From Octopus sinensis (taxonomy: Eukaryota): a stretch of 64,000 bases of DNA. Position 1 is the stretch's first letter. Each line of letters begins with the position of its first letter. Below, in pieces: positions 39,573 through 50,401 of this stretch. Location: assembly GCF_006345805.1 (NCBI RefSeq), contig NC_043012.1:54994001-55058000 (forward strand), in the 5' to 3' direction. Position numbers and translations under genes: made by a program. Under the pieces are notes generated by a model, which was not told where the DNA came from, made no database searches, and worked only from the letters and a program-made list of their open reading frames with translations.

Positions 39573-39609
39573 TGGCAGAGGTCTGCGCTCTCCGAGTGAT
39601 TTTCTAGTT
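39573..39609 (+). mobile_element. HINE-like 3' terminus
   Basis: TGGCAGAGGTCTGCGCTCTCCGAGTGATTTTCTAGTT contains a subterminal repeat complementary to ACCTCCGCCA plus a 3' hairpin. Confidence 0.55.
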
Positions 39610-40459
39610 CCTAACTGTTTCAGTTGTGTATACAGAGTTTTTCTACAGCCTGGCAAGCTTCTGCAATACCAGTGAGTCTTTTATTCACCGTTTCCATTAA
39701 TATGAAGACATGAATTTGGTTTGTGATGGTGCATGGTATTGACAGACTTAGAGAAAGCCGATATGCATCTGTTGTTCTTGTGAATCATTACATTAATGAT
39801 GTTTTGTTTTGCTCTCATATATATATTGTATTCTTAACAGAACAAGTCTATGAAGAGATTTTATCTCAGACATTTCTACAATGTTGTGCCTTCAAATGAT
39901 GTGTATACATTTAGTATGATACACAGATGGCAGTTTTAATTTAATGCTGTTTCAATTGCATACGCCAAGCTTTCATTTTCCATCTACCGAATCCACTTTG
40001 GTCAACCTGGGGTTAAATAGATGACACTTGCTCAAAGTATCGTATCTATCTGTGTGTGTGTGTGTGACCCTTGTACCTTAACTATTTATCATTTAAACTG
40101 GCCACATGTGGCCCAAATATTTTACTTGTTTTATGTCCAAACCAGCTAGATTCAGCCTTTCACACCTATCCTACAATGTCATTCTAAAAATAAACAATCA
40201 CATCATCAAAATCTCAAAGCCATGAGATAATGCATGGTCAATTCAAAACAACAGGAACAAATAAACGCTACGTTTGGCTGGTTCTAAAATCTCTCGAATA
40301 GATCAACGCAGTAGACATACTGACAATATTCGTAGCCACTTTAACATGGCTGTCTTTGTGACCCATACAAGCATGGAATATCATCGTAATCATCATCATC
40401 ATCACCATCATCATCATCATAATCATCATCATCATCATCATCATCATCATTATCATCAT

Positions 40460-41029
40460 CATTGTTCTTGCCTTTTCAGCTGTGGGGCCTTGCAGCTTCC
40501 TTTCAGGTTTTGCTACACTGCATCATGTTTCCCTGAGGGAAGGCTTTACTCTTTGAGATCTTCTTGGCTTTGAATTGTCATCAATCCATTTGTAATTTTT
40601 TTTTTTGTTCAAGGCAGGGGTGTTGTTGACCCCAGGCATACCCATTTTCATCATTGGTAATAAGTGATCCATATTAGTCTTGCTTCTATCATTTGACACA
40701 TCCAGTGCAGAAGGCCCTACTAGGAAGTTACACTCTGCTGGTATATCTCTCAAGTTCATTTGAGACACACAAGCTACCACAACAGAATAAGAGCTGAACT
40801 AATATCCATTGGGGCTGTTACTTCCACAATTAATTCCTTCCCTTTTCATCATTTTTGAATAGCTTTTCCGCTTGTTCCTTTCCATATTGTACTCCGATAT
40901 ATTTACCACCTCTGTGAAACTTCTATCTAGCCTTGCTTTTTTTTACTTCTTAGTGGTCCATGGAATGTCCGACTGCTCAGAATTGGACACCTCAGTGTAG
41001 CTGCTATATGAAAATCTGATGTCTTCCAT
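40460..41029 (-). pseudogene. Decayed reading frame of about 190 codons, origin unknown
   Basis: One frame from the ATG at 41029 continues through the 40523-40780 ORF with only three stops. Confidence 0.35.
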
Positions 41030-41332
41030 TTTTTTTTTACCTGGCCTATCCTCCTCTATGAGGAGGGAAAGTACAACCAGACTGCCACAAGGAAGCAAAA
41101 AACCAAAGTGCTCACTGAACACTACAACAATTCAGACAACAGTACAACAATATTTAAACCACAATACAACAGCAATACAAACCAAATTCTTCAAAACTTG
41201 CACTAAGAATAAGCACAAGGTAAAATCACTACCTGCTTTTCCATCAAGCTGATACAGGTAGTTTATCCTGTCCCACTCCGACTTTTAGTTCATGCAATTG
41301 AAAAAAAACACACATTATTTATGGGATGGCCC

Positions 41333-41376
<44 letters not shown>

Positions 41377-42884
41377 TACATATATATATGCATATATATA
41401 TATATAAATATAAACTTGAGCTACATTTGATAGTAGGAGAGTAAACAAAGAAACTACTGATACATCATACAACCGTAGAGATCTTCAAGTTCTTCTTAAG
41501 GCCATAGTGGTAAGGACTTATTTGTCGCGAGGGCGTGGCCTTGTTAAAAATTAAAAAAAAAAAAAAACCAGAAAAGGAAAGTCAGGTTGTCTTGTATAAG
41601 CAACAGGAAATGACCACCAGTGTTGCTTGCTCCATTTACTGTCGTTTAATTTCATGAGTAAATCACGAATAATTTTGCACGATGTTCTCACTCAAAGTCC
41701 TCACTTTAAATTGCTGGTAAATATTCGTTCATTTATTTATACTTATCTACAAAAGAAAATGTATTTTGATAACCTATTATAAATAATTAAATATCATATC
41801 AGTTAATTGAATCAGTTAAATAATTTGAAAAGAGAGACTTTTTTTCGCATACGTGTGGTATATATGTGTGTGTTTTTGATCTTGATTCACCATAGCAACG
41901 AAAGAAACCGTATTAACGTAGTTTATCTAACCCCCAGGTAACTAAACTTGCTGGATTTACAATCAAATACGTTCCAACCGTGATGGTCCTATCTTTCCGC
42001 TCATCAGGAACTATATTGCGTTCTGTTTTTAAGACAGCTGATTCTGTCCCGAAGAAGATTTGACTGCTATTTTCAGCAATCGAACATCGTCCTGGTTAGC
42101 TACTGATCTAAGAGTATGATCAGAGCCATTCCAGCCGTGATCATCTATTTTTAAAAATCTTTTCATTGTTGTTTAAACTTGTTTAGACTTCATAATACAG
42201 TACACTCACAAGCGCAGCTAGAGTGTGTGCAGCAGCCCGGGGCGGCCCTTCCGTTTGCCGCCCCCGCAAAAAACACATTACCTACAGCAGACCCAAAAGT
42301 GCTGCCCGGGGCGGACCGTTCCTAGGCCCCTCCCCCAGCTACGATAGTGAGTATGCCCTTCCTTTTAAATATAAAAGGGTATGATTGAAGGAAAATCTTG
42401 CTGTTATTTTCCCGACCCCGTACAACCACGGAGAGGCTTGAATCTGTGTTGGCTTAACTATGTTATCGTAAATGTATTATTATTGTTGCCAGGAATCCCA
42501 GTTAGACATTTCTAGTCATACATCAACGTTTCATTCATAGGAAAAGAAGAGAAAACGACAGCGTACATCGTTGATCCAATTTTCATTTCAACCAGTGTTT
42601 GTTTCGTTTAGCCGTACATTTATCGAGCTGACATTTGATTAAAAGCATTTCCAACCGTGACTATCATTTAATTTTTTTTGTTTATCCGTGACTATATAAT
42701 CCAAAACATTTCTTTAATTTTGTTTAAAACTTCGATTTCTATTTACTTCCATTTTATGACAGCTATCACGTATAAATCTTGTTAGTAAAAATAAACTTTA
42801 AACCTTTGTAACATTTTTCTAAAAAATTGGTCAAACTAAAGCGTTAAACCCGGTCAAAAACAAACAAAAAAAAATTGTGTAATA

Positions 42885-43116
42885 GGTGTAAAACAACTTC
42901 CTCTAAACGAATATGAAAATTTTGTCATATTCGTTTAGAGCAAGTTGTTTTACACATATTACATATATTTTTTTGTTGTTTTGGTGCCCGGGTCAGCCCC
43001 TCAGACGCTTTCGGAAATTCCCGATGTTAATTTTCCGAGGCCTCTCTCCACTCCCCTTTCGCGTGCGCGCATTTTTTTTTTTTTTCATATTCGTTTAGAG
43101 GAAGTTGTTTTACACC
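42885..43116. mobile_element. TA-flanked MITE with 35-bp perfect TIRs and an extra internal TIR copy
   Basis: 42885-42919 and 43082-43116 are perfect. A third copy lies at 42925-42955. Confidence 0.8.
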
Positions 43117-43460
43117 TACTAATATGACAAATTTTCTGCATTCAGCTTGAAAAAGTACATTAGTATACAAAATTTGAAAAGTTTGACTTCATTTAAAATT
43201 CTTTTTATTGGTGACAGAAATGGAAAAAATTTTTTTCTTTCTCTATTTGTCTATCCTTTTCATTTTCTCACACTCAGTGCGTGTGTGTGTGTGTGTGTGT
43301 GCATGCATGCTTGTAAGGAATTTCATTAGGGCGACAGTGATTTAAGAAAGGTATGTAAAAGAAAATTTATTGGTAAGCAATCGTTTTTGGTCTCAGATTA
43401 GTCAATGTTTACAGCTGGTTGTTCGTTAATTTACGTCAGATTTATTTATTTATTTATTTA

Positions 43461-43742
43461 CTAGCAGTATCGCCCGGCGTTGCTCGGGTTTGTAAGGGAA
43501 ATAACTATATAAGCATTATATAATAGCAAAAAAATGCATTAAAAATGGGAAAAAATGATGGTAAATTTTTTTTAAATCATAGACTCATTGTAGATGCGCG
43601 CTAATACCCAGAAGGGCTCGATATGAATCACAACTATAAGATACCCGCTTTTGGTTAAACTGTACCGCAAAATGTGGGAGTAGTTAGGAATCTAAATCGT
43701 AGGAGACAGACACTCACACAACTTCACTTTTATATATAAAGA
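43461..43742 (-). mobile_element. Non-autonomous Helitron
   Basis: Minus strand A|TC...CCCGAGCAACGCCGGG hairpin...CTAG|T, which is the canonical Helitron end structure and A|T target. Confidence 0.85.
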
Positions 43743-43808
43743 TTTACTTTTGTTTTCATGATGTGTCAAAAGCGACATTTGCCTCGAAGTCATTGGAAAA
43801 TGAGAGAG

Positions 43809-44177
43809 ATGGCTAACCCCTAAGGGTGGATGCTACTGTAGCTTGTAGCCCCAGGAGGACACCTCCTCCAGCTGGCTATTGACACACTTATATTTCGACA
43901 CACATATATTTCGATATCAGTGTCTTCACGTCACTGGAAAAAGGATATATATTTGCAGAGGGAACCTACTTTTCATCGAGTACTGTGATTGTCACACGCT
44001 GATGACGGGTCAATACGCAAAAACTGGAGTTCGTGTGTATCATAGGTTGAAGACGGGAAGGATGGCTTCCCTTTGCAAATACTGATAGGGCACAGAAAGT
44101 GTGTCAATAGCCAGCTAGAGGAGGTGACTTCCTGGGGCTACAAGCTACAGAAGCATCCACCCTTAGGGGTTAGCCAT
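43809..44177. mobile_element. MITE with long TIRs (ATGGCTAACCCCTAAGGGTGGATGCT...)
   Basis: About 80 bp of inverted termini. A single arm also occurs at 22516-22668. Confidence 0.8.
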
Positions 44178-45181
44178 ATTTAAATGGTAAATATACTATA
44201 TATATATATAAGAAAATAGTAGAGAGTGAAAAAACGACAGAAGGCTTAAATGTTAAAAAATATATATATTTGCGTCAAAATGTCTGGAGAATATTGGAAA
44301 AATTTTTTTCCTCCTTAAAATGACATAATTTTATAATTTTTAAAGAAATACCGGTTTCACAGTTAGCTCTTCAAATTTCTTGTGACTTAATGTTTATTTT
44401 TAATAACGTAATCCTTGTATTTTTGCTCACCGGAAGAAATCACTCACTACTTTCCCTTATTTAGAACTCTCTGTGCTTTACCAAACAAACTTTCTTATCT
44501 ATATATATATATAAATATAAAATATGAATTGGACATGGGCGATTGTTGTATTCTTTCTTGTCCTGAGGTTCACATCCAAATGGCTGGGTGGATTCGCGTG
44601 AAAAATGGCACACATGTGGAGACGGGTGCATAGATTGGAATGCAGTTTGTATTTTTTCCCTAGCCCCCATACTTACCAAGAAAATTGATTAAAATTTTAT
44701 CTCATGGAATTCCCGTTTGTTCCGCCATTAAAACAATCAGTTGCTCACACAGCCGGCATATACCATTTCGCTAGCAACAAGGGGAGTACAGGATGACAGT
44801 CAGCCAAAACTTTTGCTATGCTGTCTCTCTTCTTTCACCTCTTTATGGGGTTAATAATCTTAATCTTTAGTTAGAGTTTCTCATTCAAACTACATAATAG
44901 GCAGAATTGTCGGATTAAGACAGGGTGTTTTGAGAGAGATTTGGCTGCTTTTCTGCCAGCTACTAGCTACCATGTAGAGGTCTGAACTTAATTTTCATTC
45001 ACATATTTGCATTTCAAAAATTTAACATAATCTTTCCTATAAATCAAATATTGTAAAAATTATATACGATGACCTTACATTTTCTATGTATGTGTGTGTA
45101 CCTTAAAAGATGTCAATCATCACGATACACACCTTCACTCACTCACTCTATCTCTCTTTCTCTCACACATGTGCAAGCATG

Positions 45182-45230
<49 letters not shown>

Positions 45231-45638
45231 ATACATACACACACACACACGTCCATTTCATATATCTTTCAATTTCTGCTCTCTGCAAATAACATTTTTT
45301 ATGGATACAACTGCTTACAAAAATAGGGATTAATATATAATATCTTTCTATGTTCATAATTAAATCAATGTTTTAATGATTAGACAGAGGTCCAATAGAA
45401 TAGCTTTCAGAAACAGACTATGTACAAATTCATTCTTCACAACTTCTGAAGCTGTTTTCTGACAAGGGGTGGGGGAATCAGGAAATTTTCATACAGCTGA
45501 AGGTTCCAATCGAAACAGGGAACCCGAACTGATAAGGTTAAGAAATGCTGTTATAGATGAAATGCTGTAATGATCACAGCCACATCATCCAAACAGACCA
45601 GGTGAAACTGGGCTTAGCTGCTAGTATATATATATATA

Positions 45639-46254
45639 TTTCATGGGAAACATGTATTTTCGTGGTTGAAACCTTTTGGATTAACTGGTGCTAGAGTGAT
45701 CAATATAGTGACCACTCTCTTATATTTATTTTGTGAAAATATTATAATATGTTATAAAATATTATAATAATCCAGGTTTCTCGTAGCACTAGGCCACTTG
45801 GTGTGGAATAAATATACTATTAAATTAGTATCTAATTCTCTCACCCTTATTAATTAATTATAATTATGCTGCATTTATTTCTAAATGCTGTATTTGTTTC
45901 CGTGAGAGTTTGGCGCGCTGTTGGTTGGGGCATTTGAATTATAACGTCGGATGTAATCAATTGAACCACACGCGTATTTATCGTTATGGTAAAATCTGGC
46001 GTGTGATGAGTGGATTTCATCCAGATAGTCTTGGCTGACGAGCTACAAATGGATTATTGTAAGTAATATTACATTTAATTCATTAATAGCGAAACAATTG
46101 TCCCAAAATAATCTGTATTTTTGTTATTTTTTATTTGCCCTGTCCGTGTGAGCTAACAGTCGTACTTGGCTTTCATGGGAAACATGTATTTTCGTGGTTG
46201 AAACCTTTTGGATTAACTGGTGCTAGAGTGATCAATATAGTGACCACTCTCTTA

Positions 46255-46261
<7 letters not shown>
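45639..46261 (+). mobile_element. ORF-less hammerhead-carrying element (retrozyme-like or non-autonomous PLE)
   Basis: Identical 91-nt direct repeats at 45639-45729 and 46171-46261 (period 532 nt), (TA)n on both sides, canonical HHR inside. Confidence 0.8.
46031..46106 (+). ncRNA. Canonical type I hammerhead ribozyme motif
   Basis: TTGG-CTGACGA-GCTA...TAGC-GAA-ACAATTGT-C-CCAA. All core nucleotides are present, G10.1-C11.1 pair, long stem II (AATGGA/TTCATT, TGTAA/TTACA), GUC site, predicted cut after 46102. Confidence 0.85.
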
Positions 46262-46298
<37 letters not shown>

Positions 46299-47094
46299 GT
46301 GGATCTTGCATGCAGGAAGTGGATTCATAGTCAAATTAAATTAGTGCTGCAACAGAACTGTTCCCATGGTGGAACAATGGTTTTTCTCTGACAGCAGGTT
46401 TACATTTTCCATATGCCTTTAGCAAGGCCTAAATAATGTCTTCACCACTTGACCCTTTCTAACCTCTTCTACTTCACCAAAAGCTAGAATAGAGATAACA
46501 AGACCACCAACTAAATCTATTGTTCTCAATGATATATCTATCTTTCTGGATCTTTATATAAGCAAGCACATCCCAAGCAAAAATCAGTTCGTCACAGTCG
46601 TCACGACTCAACGGAGTTAGTCACCTTGATAACAAACTCGTGAGTTGAGAGAGAGCTAACATCAGTTAGTGAACCGACCACTAGAATCATGGAGGCAGGT
46701 AGACAAAACGGCCAGAGGGAAAAAGAAAGACAACATCCCACACTCTCTCACTCTCACTAGCTCCAATTCTGTTCTCTTACAACATCATTCTATCTCTTTC
46801 TGTAAATACTACTACTAAACAATGAAGAGGACACAAACACAAACTTTACTTCGCGTGCTTTTGGATGTATCAAAACCTGCCCGTTGAGGCAAGTTATTGT
46901 AACATAATGGTAAATATATACTTTCTTTAAACTTCATGCATTGTCTATCATTCACATCTTACAACTTGCTGTCATAACAACAAATTATTATCATTACAAA
47001 TGCTGACTACAACAATTCTTAATATTGTTTACCAAATCAATTATTTCTGAAGTTACATATATATACATATATACATATATATATATTATATACG

Positions 47095-47203
47095 CTAAGA
47101 GTAAAAGATGTTTTATATGACACATTCTATCAGTATACGAAGTTTGAAAGTGCTTAGTTACAAAAAATTATTTTCTAAATCTGCGGTCAAAAGGTAAAGA
47201 TCC
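47095..47203. mobile_element. One end of a related Merlin-like MITE
   Basis: Similar to 21055-21163 and ends in AAAGATCC. Confidence 0.6.
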
Positions 47204-47232
47204 TCTCTCTCTCTCTATATATATATACATAC

Positions 47233-47354
<122 letters not shown>

Positions 47355-47383
47355 TATATATATATATACACACACACACACAC

Positions 47384-47432
<49 letters not shown>

Positions 47433-47434
<2 letters not shown>

Positions 47435-48679
47435 ATACAGAGTGAAGCTTTACTATAGCATCATATATTATTGATTGCTATTTCCAGTAAATATCAGTGC
47501 ATTGTTGTACCACTATTCTATATTTATACTTTAACCTTATAGTGGTTTGTTTTACTGGATAGTAATACTTTTGTATTGCACTGTATATATATATTAAATT
47601 CCGCCAAGGTTGACTTTACCTTTCACCCTTTTGGCCTCAATAAATTAAGTATCAGTTGTGTAATGGGGTTCATCTAATCGACTTGTCCCTTCCCCCAAAA
47701 GTTAGGGCTTTGTGCCTAGAGTAGAAAACACTATATATATAAATTGGTCAAATTAATTGCTAGTGCTCTGAAATTTATAATTGAAATACTATACTATCAA
47801 TGGAAATAAGGTATCATTAATTTTACATATCTGTAATCCTGAAACGCGTATATAGTTAATCAAAGCCAGGTGGCTTCGTTATTTTTTTCTCTTTGCCTAT
47901 GTGAGTTGAGAGTATTGCTGTCTGGGAGATATCTTATGGTAGTGGAATAGTATTTAACTGCTATTTCTAAATTTCGGTATGTGGTGAAGCAATTTTGCTA
48001 AACCCTAATTATAATTATGTTTATAATTATAAAATTTTTGTATAAGTTTACGATAATGGTCTTTTAACATACCAAACTACTTTGTAAAATTACTAATTAT
48101 AAATTGATTAATTAATTTTCCCCTTTATTATTATTTGATATATATATATATATTATATATATATATACACACACACATATAAACGTCGCCCTTTTCAAGC
48201 CTAGCCAGGATCAAGGGCCCAGTTTCCCAGTTTCTGTGGTGTATGTGTTCCCCCCAGCTGGACGGGATGCCAGTTCATCGCAGTGTTACTCAAGAAACAG
48301 GAAGAGAAAGTAAGAGAGTGTTGTGATGAAAGAGTACAACAGGGATCACCACCACCCAATACTGGAGCCTCGTGGAACTTTTAGGTGTTTTCACTCAATA
48401 AACACACACAATGCCCGGTCAGAGAATCAAGACCGCAAGTTCGCTGCCCTAACCACTGGGCCATTGCGCCTCCACATATATACATATATGTATATATAAA
48501 TATATATAAATATGGTGTTAGGAAGGGCATCCAGCCGTAGAAACACTGCCAAATCTGACTGGGCCTGATGAAGCCTTCCGGCTTCACAGACCCAGTTAAA
48601 CCGTCCAACCCATGGAAAACGGACGCTAAATGATGATGATGATACACACATATACATATATATATATATACACACACAC

Positions 48680-48710
<31 letters not shown>

Positions 48711-48737
48711 ATATGTATATATATATATTATACATAC

Positions 48738-48802
<65 letters not shown>

Positions 48803-48804
48803 CA

Positions 48805-48898
<94 letters not shown>

Positions 48899-49624
48899 TA
48901 TATATATGTGTGTGTGTGTGGTATACAGAGTGAAGCTTTACTATAGCATCATATATTATTGATTGCTATTTCCAGTAAATATCAGTGCATTGTTGTACCA
49001 CTATTCTATATTTATACTTTAACCTTATAGTGCTTTGTTTTACTGGATAGTAATACTTTTGTATTGCACTGTATATATATATTAAATTCCGCCAAGGTTG
49101 ACTTTACCTTTCACCCTTTTGGCCTCAATAAATTAAGTATCAGTTGTGTAATGGGGTTCATCTAATCGACTTGTCCCTTCCCCCAAAAGTTAGGGCTTTG
49201 TGCCTAGAGTAGAAAACACTATATATATAAATTGGTCAAATTAATTGCTAGTGCTCTGAAATTTATAATTGAAATACTATACTATCAATGGAAATAAGGT
49301 ATCATTAATTTTACATATCTGTAATCCTGAAACGCGTATATAGTTAATCAAAGCCAGGTGGCTTCGTTATTTTTTTCTCTTTGCCTATGTGAGTTGAGAG
49401 TATTGCTGTCTGGGAGATATCTTATGGTAGTGGAATAGTATTTAACTGCTATTTCTAAATTTCGGTATGTGGTGAAGCAATTTTGCTAAACCCTAATTAT
49501 AATTATGTTTATAATTATAAAATTTTTGTATAAGTTTACTGATAATGGTCTTTTAACATACCAAACTACTTTGTAAAATTACTAATTATAAATTGATTAA
49601 TTAATTTTACCCTTTATTATTATT

Positions 49625-49671
<47 letters not shown>

Positions 49672-50160
49672 TATAAACGTCGCCCTTTTCAAGCCTAGCC
49701 AGGATCAAGGGCCCAGTTTCCCAGTTTCTGTGGTGTATGTGTTCCCCCCAGCTGGATGGGATGCCAGTTCATCGCAGTGTTACTCAAGAAACAGGAAGAG
49801 AAAGTAAGAGAGTGTTGTGATGAAAGAGTACAACAGGGATCACCACCACCCAATACTGGAGCCTCGTGGAACTTTTAGGTGTTTTCACTCAATAAACACA
49901 CACAATGCCCGGTCAGAGAATCAAGACCGCAAGTTCGCTGCCCTAACCACTGGGCCATTGCGCCTCCACATATATACATATATGTATATATAAATATATA
50001 TAAATATGGTGTTAGGAAGGGCATCCAGCCGTAGAAACACTGCCAAATCTGACTGGGCCTGATGAAGCCTTCCGGCTTCACAGACCCAGTTAAACCGTCC
50101 AACCCATGCTAGCATGGAAAACGGACGCTAAATGATGATGATGATACACACATATACATA
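47433..50160. repeat. Tandem duplication of an approximately 1.5-kb unit
   Basis: 47433-48660 versus 48921-50160 are near-identical, with a few substitutions and indels. Confidence 0.95.
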
Positions 50161-50177
50161 TATATATATATACACAC

Positions 50178-50223
<46 letters not shown>

Positions 50224-50401
50224 TATACATATAAATATATATACATATATAAATATATATATATATCTATATATATATCTATATATATATATGTATTTAT
50301 ATATGTATTTATATATATATATATATATATTTGTATATATATATTTATATATATATGTATATATATATATGTATTTATATATGTATTTATATATATATAT
50401 A

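Noticed and set aside
42207-42350. GC-rich island as a promoter or a defined transposon
   Set aside because: Only degenerate 15-nt inverted ends and no TSD, which is too weak to call.
46049-46064. ATGGATTATT|GTAAGT as the first coding exon of a plus-strand gene
   Set aside because: It lies within stem II of the hammerhead in the 45639-46261 element, and no downstream exons were found.
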